A stretch of 64,000 bases of DNA, taken from Octopus vulgaris. Lineage: Eukaryota. Location: positions 69,626,001-69,690,000 of the forward strand of contig OX597822.1 of the NCBI GenBank assembly GCA_951406725.2, given 5' to 3'. Positions 26,240 to 35,006 of this stretch are shown here, one piece after another (position 1 is the stretch's first letter; each line of letters opens with the position of its first letter). The position numbers and the translations under genes were made by a program. The notes beneath the pieces are model-generated. The model was not told the origin of the DNA and made no database searches. It saw nothing but the letters and a program-made list of their open reading frames with translations.

Positions 26240-29200
26240 TATTATTATCGAGTGAGAGAGCAGTGCATGCCATCAAAGTGACACTGGAGTACAAATATAC
26301 GAAGCCCAATATACCCATCATGACTACCCGTCTGATAAGGGTACATCAGGCACATGCACCACAACCATATGTGCACAACACAGTGAATTCATATCAAGGT
26401 AAACAGTGCATGACCTTAATAATAATAATAATCCTTTCTACTATAGGCACAAGACCTTAATTATGGGGGATATAGATAGTCAATTACATCGACCCCGAAA
26501 GGATGAAAGGCTAAGTCAGCCCGGCTGAATTTGAACTCAGAATGTAGCAACAGAAAAAATACCACTAAGCATTTCACCTGGTATGCTAACGATTCTACCA
26601 GCTTGCCATCTTAATAATAATAACAACAATAACAATAATAATAATAATTTTTTTTGTTAAGTATTTGTCTCAATATTTTTATCATACAGTATACTAGGTA
26701 TACTCTTTTACACTTTTACTTGTTTCAGTCATTTGACTGTGACCATACTGGAGCATTGCCTTTAGTCGAGCAAATCGACCCCAGGACTTATTCTTTGGAA
26801 GCCTAGTACTTATTCTATTGGTCTCTTTTGCCGAACCACAAATTTGCGGGGACGTAAACACACCAGCATCGATTGTCAAGCGATATTGGAGGGACAAACA
26901 TACACACACACACATATACATACATATACGTATACATATATACGATGGGCTTCTTTCAGTTTCCGTCTACCAAACCCACTCACAAGGCTTTGGTCAGCCC
27001 GAGGCTATAGTAGAAGACACTTGCCCAAGGTGTCACGCAGTGGGACCGAACCTGGAACCATATGGTTGGTAAGCAAGCTACTTACCACACAGCCACTCCT
27101 AAGCCTTGTTATGATATTTTTCAGTTATTTTTAGTTATTGATCATATTCGTTATTTATCGTTATTCATCGAATATATTTTTTATCATTTATCGGATCTTG
27201 TTGATCATATGTCACAAAATTTTAAACAAAATGTTTTTCCAAACATGAAACCAAAGTCCTAACTAGCTAAAACCAAAGTCCTAATTAGAGTCAATCTAGC
27301 TAAAACCAAAGTCCTAATAAGTAGGAAGGTAGACAAATCACAAACGCCTTCAGGTAGATGGCCCTGCTCGATCTGTAGAAAAGGTGTAGGTAGAAACTCT
27401 ATAAGATGCACCAAGTGTAAGTTATGGACACATAAGAGGTGCAGCAATGTCAAAGGAAGGCTAACTAGGAAGATAGTTTTTGTATGTAGCAGATGCTCAG
27501 GAACAATAAACACTGAAAATGCTCTGAGACCAACTTCTGTCACTTTCCAAGGAGAAAAACTAGAAATAGTTGATAGCTTCCGTTACCTAGGTGACCAAGT
27601 CAGCAGCGGGGGCGGGTGTGCTGAAAGTGTGACAGCTAGAGTAAGAATAGTTTGGGCAAAGTTCAGAGAGCTCTTACCTCTGCTGGTGACAAAAGGCCTC
27701 TCGCTCAGAGTAAAAGGCAGACTGAATCACGCGTGTGTACGAACAGCCATGCTACATGGCAGTGAAACATGGACCGTGACTGCTGAGGATATGCGTAAGC
27801 TCGCAAGAAATGAAGCCAGTATGCTCCGATGGATGTGTAATGTCAGTATTCATACTCGACAGAGTGTAAGTACCTTGAGAAAAAAGCTGGACCTAACAAG
27901 CATCAGATGTGGTGTGCAAGAGAGACGTTTGCGCTGGTATGGACATGTGGCGAGAATGGATGAAGATAGTTGTGTGAAAAAGTGCCACACCCTAGCGGTT
28001 GAGGGAACCTGTGGAAGAGGCAGACCCAGGAAAACCTGGGACGAGGTGGTGAAGCACGACCTTCGAACTTTAGGTCTCACTGAGGAAATGACTAGAGACC
28101 GAGACCTCTGGAAGTGTGTTGTGCGGGAGAAGACCCGGCAGGACAAGTGAGACCATAACCCGTGGCCTTCTACATGGGATGTAGCCAGTCCACTTATGCA
28201 TACCTTCCCTTTTTGGGACACAAAACTCTACTTGTGAAGACCTGTTGAGGCAAGTGAGAATCAGAATTGAAATCGATCAATGGAAATTGCAGCTAAGTTA
28301 CTAGTGCCGGTGGCACGTAAGAGAACCATCTGAACGTGGCCGTTGCCAGCGCCGCCCCGACTGGCCTCGTGCTGGTGGCATGTAAAAAGCACCATCCGTT
28401 CATGGCCATTGCCAGCCTCGCCTGGCCCCCATGTCGGTGGCACATGAAAAGCACCATCCGATCGTGGCCGTTTGCCAATTCGTCTGGCACCTGTGCTGGT
28501 GGCACGTAAAAAGTGCCCACTACACTCATGGAGTGGTTGGCGTTAGGAAGGGCATCCAGCCGTGGAAACATTGCCAGATCAAACTGGGCCTGGTGCAGCC
28601 TTCTGGCTTCCCAGACCCCAGTTGAACCGTCCAACCCATGCTAGCATGGAAAGCGGACGCTAAACGATGATGAAACAATATCATTATGTGTGTTTAAAAA
28701 CTGTTCGGAAGTGTTATTTGGATAAATTGCAGAGACAACTTAAGATTTTGGAATGAAGCTTATTTTTCCAGATATTTTATTATTCTTTATCTTTGATTCA
28801 TTTAATATGGTATTTGTTCTTTCAAACCAAACACTCATAATAAATGAAGATGTATATTCAGGTGGGGTTTTTTTTAGAGGTTTTCTCAATTTCTCCCTTC
28901 AACCAGGTGAAAATTCGACACTACTCCCAATAAATATTTTTAAATACATCTCTTTTTATTTATTGTTTCATTTAGGAAGCCTCGACATGTTCTACGTGAA
29001 AGAACTATTCATTCCAGATATTGACTTAAGGCAAATTGAAATGAAGCCTGATGAACCACCACTTGGAACGGGAAGTTTTGCAACTGTGTTTCTCTGTCAC
29101 TTAAAACTAAATAAAGGTCTCAAAAAGGCTGCCGTGAAAGCATGGTCTGAGAAGCTGAGTATCGGTAATGTATCTGATACACTTCTAGAAGACAGTATCC

Positions 29201-32200
29201 TCAGGTATGCCCAGAAAATCTGTTGTTTTATCAAAATATTCATATGCATATCATATGTGTAGCGGGTTGGTGGGGCTGGGGGTCACTTGTTTAATCTTGA
29301 GAAAGAAGTATAGCTGATGAGCTTTGCAGGCCCTCTGAGACAAATGAGTTTGGAGCTGTTCAAATGAGTTTGGAGACAGAGATAAGCTATAGTCTCTTTA
29401 CTCTAGTTTACCCTTTTACTTGTTTCAGTCATTTGACTGTGGCCATGCTCGAGCACCACCTTTAGTCGAGCAAATCGACCCCAGGACTTATTCTTTGTAA
29501 GCCTAGTACTTATTCTATCGGTCTCTTTGCTGAACCGCTAAGTTACAGGGATGTAAACACACCATCATCAAAATACATGACGGTAGAAGCTTTGCTACTG
29601 TGGGCTGCAAGATTGGTATCATTCATTCCTACTATTCATTCCTTTTACAAAATGTGTGGAAATGGTTATTATCACTGATTCAGCTATCACTGTATATCTT
29701 GGAACCAAATCCCATGATAAAGAAGGATAGATGTATTAGATAGTAGTGTAACATAAAAACTTTTAGCAATTGATGCTGATGTCTGTGAGGAGTAAACATC
29801 ATCATTCACCATCAACATCGTTTAACGTCCGCTTTCCATGCTAGCATGGGTTGGACAATTTGACTGAGCACTGGCGAACCAGATGGCTGCACCAGGCTCC
29901 AAACTTGATCTGGCAGAGTTTCTACGGCTGGATGCTCTTCCTAATACCAACTACTCCGAGAGTGTAGTAGGTGCTTTTACATGCCACTGGCACAAGGGCC
30001 AGTCAGGCGGTACTGGCAACGGCCATACGCAAATGGTGTTTTTTATGTGCCACCTGCACAGGAGCCAGTCCAGCGGTACTGGCAACGACCTCGCTCAAAT
30101 GTTTTTTCAAGTGCCAGTAAGGTGACGCTGGTAACGATCACGCTCGAATGGTGCTTTTTACACAGAAGCCAGTTAGCTGCCCTGGCAACGATCATGCTCG
30201 GATGGTGCTCTTAGCATTCCATTAGCACAGATGCCAGTCATCAAATTTGATTTCGATTTCACTTGCCTCGACAGGTCTTCACAAGCAGAGTTTAGTGTCC
30301 AATGAAGGAAAGGTATGCATAAGTGGGCTGGTTACACTCCTGGCATAGGCCACGAGGTTATATCACTAGCCAGTAATCTGTTCTATTCGTAGAATACTGC
30401 CTATTTGGGGCTAATGAAATACCTTACAATGGATGCAATGAACAGACATTTTAAACATATTCAAACCACGGTAGCTAAAAGTGACAGTTATAGCTGAGTG
30501 ATCACTTGATACTTATTTATTAACAATGCAGGTGTGGTTGTGTGTTTGAGAAACTTACTTCCCAATTATATGGCTTCAGGTTCAATCCCAGCACACATGG
30601 AACCTTGGATAAATTTGTTCTGTTATAGCTCTATGCCAACCAAAACCTTGTAAGTGAATTTGGCAGACAGAAACTGAAAGAAGCCCATCGTGTGTGCATC
30701 TTTGTGTATGTTTGTGTGAACCCTTATCTTGACATCATGTGATGAGTGTAAATAAGCATCACTGACATACAAGCAATGCTGTTCATTTCCAGCCTTCCAT
30801 AGAATACTTACCTGAACATGGGGAAATGTTACCTTGCTTGCAAACAGATGAGAATTGATGACAAGAAAATTTTGTACATAACACCCATATTTAAGTAGTA
30901 ACCTACATTTTCAATAAATGAAGTTTATTTGGAATATAAGAATATATTTATGATTCCAAAGTTCTTAAATATTTCTCAAATCTTTTTGCAGAGAAATCAA
31001 ACACAAAAATATTATTCAATATTATGGTTCTAACTATCGCAAACTTCAAGATGGTTCGTTGCAGTGGTTGATGATTTTAGAATATTGCCATACAACTCTG
31101 AAAAATATCTTCGTAAGAGACGATGATAAATACCACGTGAATCCAGGGAAATATTCAATTCCAGAGAAGCAGAAAAAAGTGATGCAAAATCTTTGCCATT
31201 ACGTTCGACAACTATGTGAAGCAATTGGCTACTTACACCAGAAAAACTTGGTGCATCGTGATCTGAAAATGGAAAACATTCTAGTAAGTTCTCTTTTATC
31301 TTAACCCTTTCGTTACCAACCAGGCTGAAACCGACCCTGGCTCTGTGTACAAATGTCTTGTTTTCACAAGTTTTGAATTAAAATCTTCCACCAAACCTTA
31401 GTCATAATTTATGTTCCTAACCTTAGATGAATGATAATTAAGTTATTTTACTAAATTCTTTGTTATATTTAAAGTAATTGAATGAAACACAGAGCATCTC
31501 AAAATAAATACAGTAATGAAAGGGTTAAAATGTTTATATTCTTTTTTAAGGATCATTTCTAGAAGCTACGGTTTCAGAGTAAAATCTGTGTTTAGGATAT
31601 TGCACAAAAAGAGGACACTCAATAAACATAGATAGCTATTATGTAAAACATTTTCTGTAGAATTGATAGATGATGTAAAGTTCTTTATTGAGCCTATTTC
31701 TATTTTTACTTACCCCACAGCTAATGTCCTTTGTAGGATATTAGATAGGGAAACTGAAATAATTTCAATTGTGGTTTTAAACTGCATAGCAAAATTAATT
31801 TACTCGGAGATTACCTTTTGCTTAAAATTGATCAGCACACCCGTAGCAAACTTCATTGAGTGTCCTATTTTTTTTTACTCCGGTGTCATAATTTTTATCA
31901 AGTTAACTTCCTCTCCTATTGCACAGACTTCATAACTCAATAAAAAAACACCTCTAAAGACTGTGGATGGATTTAAATAGAAATTTTAGGATAAGTCAAT
32001 TTGGTAGAACTCTTCTATCCCTACATTACCTGATCAGGTAATGTAGTACACATCACTTTTACAATATTATTACTACTTATACATTAAGTCGTCACCGGAG
32101 TACTGTATGTTTTTAAAGTCAGGGTTGCATTTCTTAAACTGGGTTCCATGAAATCAAGTGGTTCTTGATCAGGTATTACTGCTTCCATGATTTAGTTTAT

Positions 32201-32734
32201 ATAAATAAGCTTTCGGTGTACCAGTGTTTTAAAGAAAATCTACGTAAATAATTGTAATGAAACACAGTGTATTAACAAATGTATTTATGCTTATAATCAA
32301 GGATGTAATCAGAATAACACAGTTTGCTTAACAACTTCACAAACTAAAATAAAAATTTATTTTGACACAAGAGAAAACTATTGTTCTCTCCTCCTAATAT
32401 ACACTAAACTAATAGCATTTAATTTTTAAAGAATACCTTCTGTGATTATAGAAGGAACACAGGGTAATAAATTAAGAAGGTTGGTCTGTGATTTTATTAC
32501 CCTCTTCCTCATACTCTAATAATATACATTAAATATAACAAAAACGATTGAAACTTTAAAAAGAATGATTTAATAATCAACAGCTCTGTATATTTGGTTA
32601 ATTAATTGATCAACAGATGGATCAAATAAGCATACAAACTTGAATGTGCAATGAATGTAATTTGCAGGACTGTTTGAAACATACATCAGCATAATAAATA
32701 TTGCTGTAAATGAACCTTTGTTTTTTTATGTCTT

Positions 32735-32785
<51 letters not shown>

Positions 32786-33196
32786 TATGTGCTTTCTCAC
32801 AATTTTTAGGTGACAGAAGAAGACATCATAAAGCTTACTGATGTTGGTCTTTCTAAACTCGAACGTGACATTGCTGGATCAATTGCAGGAAGTCCTTGTT
32901 TTATGGCCCCAGAAATCTTTGAAAGGAAATTCATCTATGGTAAAAAAGCTGACATCTATAGTTTGTCTATTATACTTTGGGAAATGTGGTACGGAATGGA
33001 TGTGGTTACATATATAAAGCCACTTATCCAGAAAGGCATCGAAGAATCTGTAAAGAGTGGACTTCGACCATCTTTCCAATTGGCCGAAAAACCTCCAGAT
33101 GATTACAAAACTTTGGTGCAGAAATGCTGGGATGCAGATCCTCAAACGCGACCCAGTATTGAAGAATGTGCTGCTTTTTTTAAAAAATGGCCCTGA
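4956..33196 (+). CDS. Multi-exon gene encoding a dynamin-like (BDLP/mitofusin-type) GTPase fused to a C-terminal protein kinase (DSTYK-like architecture); 5' start exon not firmly located
   Basis: Exons 4956-5175, 9761-10053, 11165-11305, 12036-12236, 14533-14642, 18310-18535, 21292-21520, 22551-22641, 25017-25402, 28976-29204, 30992-31283 and 32810-33196 all have AG/GT boundaries and join in frame (2805 nt = 934 aa + TGA). GTPase motifs G1 GETGSGKS, G2 LPVSPLCCTA, G3 DTPG, G4 NKWE; kinase motifs GTGSFATV, AAVK, HRDLKMEN, DVG, GSPCFMAPE, DIYSL. Confidence 0.9.
6184..6506 (+). mobile_element. 3' end of an R4/Dong-like RLE non-LTR retrotransposon embedded in (TAA)n
   Basis: Translates IGAQGMIVKGADSHLAQIPGNPKMAEIQKIVLMGTAYILHKILSM*, typical of RLE C-termini; perfect (TAA)n on both sides (6105-6183 and 6507-6581). 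Confidence 0.75.
6750..6932 (+). mobile_element. Short non-coding repeat associated with (TAA)n; second copy at about 26240-26415 on the - strand
   Basis: Shared text gtacccttatcaga...gtagtcatg.tgggtata.tgggctt...gtgtcactttgatggcatgc.ctgctctctcactc(aat)n; both copies are flanked by TAA-type repeats. Confidence 0.7.
7503..7740. repeat. Imperfect fold-back palindrome of about 240 bp
   Basis: aaccgtcattaaatatgactgagg...catatatgctgacaggg / ccctatcagcatatatg...cctcagtcatatctaatgacggtt, with a loop of about 5 nt. Confidence 0.88.
7811..7960 (-). mobile_element. Penelope-like pseudo-LTR fragment with a degenerate minimal hammerhead; second copy at about 56405-56550 on +
   Basis: The minus strand reads tttctgttgaagagcataggctcataatgtaaaagactttctcacttcccgagcgttaaactaatac; the + copy reads tttctgtggaagcgcatagtttcgaaatgttaaagactttttcacttcccaagcgttacactaatac. 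Confidence 0.5.
8345..8690 (+). mobile_element. R4/Dong-like RLE endonuclease fragment followed by (TAA)n
   Basis: NRPDIVIKD...EKLLKYKDLEIEISKTWKLKTKTIPVVVGALGMIKK..., with frameshifts; (TAA)n tract at 8690-8862. Confidence 0.75.
9761..10053 (+). CDS. GTPase-kinase exon: G1 P-loop and G2
   Basis: tctcttttag acceptor; GETGSGKSSLINMILKHKVLPVSPLCCTACYCEIR...VKIFWPSSVLK; donor aag|gtaac. Confidence 0.93.
10129..10299. repeat. Tandem minisatellite, 3 x 54-57 bp
   Basis: Unit gttgtgtggtcaatcataacctcctaagattaaaatcattccagatctgatcattta, starting at 10129, 10183 and 10240. Confidence 0.9.
11165..11305 (+). CDS. GTPase-kinase exon: G3 (DTPG)
   Basis: acag acceptor; EGVVLVDTPGIGENKEM...FIYVINAASAGGVQKDR; donor agg|gtaac. 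Confidence 0.93.
12036..12236 (+). CDS. GTPase-kinase exon: G4 (NKWE)
   Basis: cacag acceptor; LSRLLRVINE...TIFVSNKWESIP...LICLSVSN; donor aat|gtaagt. Confidence 0.92.
13821..14035 (+). mobile_element. Mariner-derived MITE (same family as 48240-48804)
   Basis: TIRs ttgggttggccggaaagtccgtgccaattt / aaattggcacgaactttccagacaccccaa; TA TSD; the interior matches the ends of the longer copy. Confidence 0.85.
14533..14642 (+). CDS. GTPase-kinase exon: post-GTPase helix
   Basis: tgtttag acceptor; LTKLQDEQPPAELQFFYTAMKTLIPATMKNKILRSY; phase-2 donor aa|gtaaat bridges the phases of both neighbours. Not in the ORF track. Confidence 0.8.
15060..16480 (-). mobile_element. Decayed RLE-type (R4-like) non-LTR retrotransposon fragment
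   Basis: YRYLGVDENI...IKKIWTAELSAFNKSVAHNVFAVPILIPTFGLLDW, then degenerate Zn-knuckle and KHNRPGINI...VEI endonuclease remnants with stops. Confidence 0.75.
16510..16725. repeat. (TATG)n microsatellite
   Basis: Direct reading; source of the MYVC/HTYI ORFs. Confidence 0.95.
16869..17102. mobile_element. Tc1/mariner-type MITE
   Basis: ta|cagggtggcccaaatgtaggtttacagt ... actgtaaacctacttttgggcaccctg|ta. Confidence 0.8.
18310..18535 (+). CDS. GTPase-kinase exon: helical stalk
   Basis: ttaag acceptor; WLNSLLKRSVYSLKV...KFILYLKSEA; donor gcg|gtaac. Confidence 0.88.
18642..19012 (+). mobile_element. Helentron-associated non-autonomous element (HINE/DINE-1-like)
   Basis: 5' sub-terminal repeat acctctgcc with a local inverted partner ggtggaggt, a short (gttt)n, a 3' sub-TIR ggtggaggt and a short terminal hairpin gcattc..gggtgc, in T-rich flanks. 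Confidence 0.55.
19552..19832. mobile_element. hAT (Charlie-like) MITE
   Basis: TIR cagtgattcccaaa / tttggaaactactg; 8-bp TSD ctctagat / ctctaggt. Confidence 0.8.
20655..20996 (+). mobile_element. RTE 3'-UTR fragment with (GAT)n tail
   Basis: Matches 28340-28670; ends gttaaac(gat)n. Confidence 0.85.
21292..21520 (+). CDS. GTPase-kinase exon: helical stalk
   Basis: tgtccag acceptor; VKTELTKWSS...FDELEMQIYQIE; donor aa|gtaag (phase 1). Confidence 0.88.
22551..22641 (+). CDS. GTPase-kinase exon: short basic linker
   Basis: tttcccacag acceptor; STLAGDKDARKLQQSLKKPFKPKGISNIFHR; donor ag|gtaaat; phase 1 in and phase 2 out fit both neighbours. Not in the ORF track. Confidence 0.8.
24433..24932 (-). 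mobile_element. RTE 3'-UTR fragment
   Basis: (CAT)n followed by the same sequence as 383-880. Confidence 0.85.
25017..25402 (+). CDS. GTPase-kinase exon: return helices of the stalk
   Basis: Long pyrimidine tract then caaaag acceptor; GGEHNTQSFATVIGFNISSLGHVSLEKKD...EGNRLQG; donor ag|gttagt. Confidence 0.87.
26704..27100 (-). mobile_element. tRNA-derived SINE family B with an internal (TA)/(CA) microsatellite
   Basis: Head gtggctgtgtggtaagtagcttgcttaccaacca..ggttccaggttcggtccc; body ccttgggcaagtgtcttctactatagcc; tail (aagagta)n. Other copies near 5500-5876(-), 23693-24035(+), 29414(-), 30528(+), 35745(+), 36375(+), 36780-37190(-), 37950-38630(+). Confidence 0.82.
27252..28669 (+). mobile_element. 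5'-truncated RTE-clade LINE (intronic) with an intact C-terminal ORF and full 3' UTR ending in (GAT)n
   Basis: Open frame 27287-28150: RVNLAKTKV...FRYLG...MLHGSETW...RRLRWYGHV...RGRPRKTW...DRDLWK; candidate TSD atgaaac at 27245-27251 and 28670-28676. Confidence 0.9.
28976..29204 (+). CDS. GTPase-kinase exon: kinase N-lobe (Gly loop, catalytic Lys, alphaC Glu)
   Basis: tttag acceptor; GSLDMFYVKE...LGTGSFATVF...AAVK...LLEDSILR; donor ag|gtatg. Confidence 0.93.
29797..30360 (-). mobile_element. RTE 3'-UTR fragment
   Basis: Same family as 383-944, extending to the region just after the ORF stop. Confidence 0.85.
30992..31283 (+). CDS. GTPase-kinase exon: kinase hinge and catalytic loop
   Basis: tttttgcag acceptor; EIKHKNIIQYYG...LMILEYC...YLHQKNLVHRDLKMENIL; donor cta|gtaagt. 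Confidence 0.94.
31305..31524. mobile_element. piggyBac-type MITE
   Basis: TTAA|ccctttcgttac ... gtaatgaaaggg|TTAA. Confidence 0.85.
32810..33196 (+). CDS. GTPase-kinase terminal coding exon: activation segment and C-lobe
   Basis: tttttag acceptor; VTEEDIIKLTDVGLSK...GSPCFMAPE...ADIYSLSIILWEMW...CWDADPQTRPS...stop. Confidence 0.94.
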   Translation: MTEEDIIKLTDVGLSKLERDIAGSIAGSPCFMAPEIFERKFIYGKKADIYSLSIILWEMWYGMDVVTYIKPLIQKGIEESVKSGLRPSFQLAEKPPDDYKTLVQKCWDADPQTRPSIEECAAFFKKWP

Positions 33197-33496
33197 AATT
33201 ATGCTCTCCTTCATTTCACATATAACTGCCATCATTATCATCATCAGCATCATCAGCATCATTACCATCATTATCACCATCTTGGAGTATCGTTAGAGCA
33301 TCAGACAAAATACGTAGTAGTATTTTGTCACAGATCTTTAAATTCTGAATTCAAATCCTGACGGGGTCAGCTTTGCCTTTCATTCTTTCAGGGTTAATAA
33401 AATAAAATACCACCCAAGTACTGGGCTTGATTGAATCGAGGAAAAACCCCACCCCTAGAAATTACTGGCCTTGTGCTAAAATTTGAAAAATATTGT

Positions 33497-33534
<38 letters not shown>

Positions 33535-33937
33535 TCATTATTATATTATTGTTGGAGTTCAAATTCCGCTATGGTTGACTTTACCTTTCATCCTTTCGGG
33601 ATCGATAAAATAAGTACCAGTTGACTACTGGGGGTCGATGAAATTGACTTACCTCCTCCCCTCAAAATTGTTGGCCTTGTGCCAAAATTTGGAACCATTC
33701 TTCTTCTTCTTATTATTATTATTATCATTGAGGCGGTGAACTGGCAGAATGGTTAGTCCGCTGGACGAAAAGCCTAGCAGCATTTCACCCGTTGCTACAT
33801 TCTGTGTTCAAATTCTTCCAAGGTCAACTTTGCCTTTCGGGGTCAATAAATTAAGTACCAGTGAAACACTGGGGTCAATGTAATCGACTAGTCCCCTCCC
33901 CACAAATTTCAGGTTTTGTGCCTTTAGTCAAAAGGAT

Positions 33938-34053
33938 CATTATTATTGTTGTTTTTGTTGTTGTTGTGATGATGATTATTGTTGTTGTTGTTGTTGTTGT
34001 TATTATTATTATTATTGTTATTATTATTTTTATTATTTATTATTATTATTATG

Positions 34054-34116
<63 letters not shown>

Positions 34117-34117
34117 G

Positions 34118-34190
<73 letters not shown>

Positions 34191-34210
34191 GATTATTATT
34201 ATTATTATTG

Positions 34211-34243
<33 letters not shown>
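33938..34243. repeat. (TTA/TTG)n microsatellite
   Basis: Direct reading; source of the poly-Y/I/L/N ORFs. Confidence 0.95.
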
Positions 34244-34244
<1 letters not shown>

Positions 34245-34750
34245 GGCAGTGAGCTGACAGAACCGTTAGCATATCAAACAAAATACTTAGCAGCATTTCT
34301 TTTGTCCCTTTGCATTCTGAGTTCAAATTCCGTTAAGGACAATTTTGCTTTTCATTCTTTTGGGATTGCTTAAAATAAATATCTGCTGAACACTGGGGTT
34401 GATGTAATTAACTTACCTCTTCCCCCAAAGCTTCTGGCCATATGCTTATAGCAGAAAGGATTATTATTATTATCATTATTAATTAGATGTCTTTCTGTAA
34501 TTAATTAGGTGTCTTTCAATGTATTACCATGCACAGCAGCGAGTTCCTTGGGTATGTGCAAGTGATTTGTTTTGCGGTTTTTCTTTTATTGTATTGAAAC
34601 TACTCTGTAATATGTGTGCAGTGCTAAACAGCACTATTTTCTGTGTTATCCCTTTTTTATGTCTCACATTTTTCTAAAGTGTGCTTAACTAGGGTGTGTA
34701 TTGAGAGAGATGTGGCTGCTATTTCTTGCAGATCTAGCAACCATCTAAAC

Positions 34751-35006
34751 CAGTGGTTCTCAACTAGGGTCCGTATGACCCTTGGGATCCACAAAAGATT
34801 TTTTTCTATTTTTTTGGTATGTGCAATAAATTGGTCATACTTTTACAATAAGCAAAATACTTTAACAATCTTTTTTTATACAATTCCTAATAATATTTAA
34901 TTATAAAAATATAGCAGGATTTTTAAACATTGTATGGCTATGAGGATCCACCCGAGGAAAATAGGATCACAGAGGTCCATTAGTAAAAAATGGTTGCAAA
35001 CCAATG
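34751..35006. mobile_element. hAT (Charlie-like) MITE
   Basis: TIR cagtggttctcaac / gttgcaaaccaatg; 8-bp TSD atctaaac / atctaaat. Confidence 0.8.

Noticed and set aside
28300-28520. Repeat-spacer-like array resembling CRISPR
   Set aside because: Eukaryotic context, the 'spacers' are homologous to each other, there are no cas genes, and it lies inside a LINE 3' UTR.
4956-33196. Assigning the symbol DSTYK or MFN/fzo, or calling recent bacterial horizontal transfer
   Set aside because: Orthology cannot be shown without a tree; the motifs differ from canonical DSTYK, there is no mitofusin TM hairpin, and 11 spliceosomal introns with host-like AT content argue against recent transfer or contamination.
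33861-34373. Long poly-Y/I/L/N ORFs (also 6020-6821 and 8578-8891)
   Set aside because: Translations of (TAA)/(TTA)n microsatellites and SINE sequence, with no protein-like complexity.
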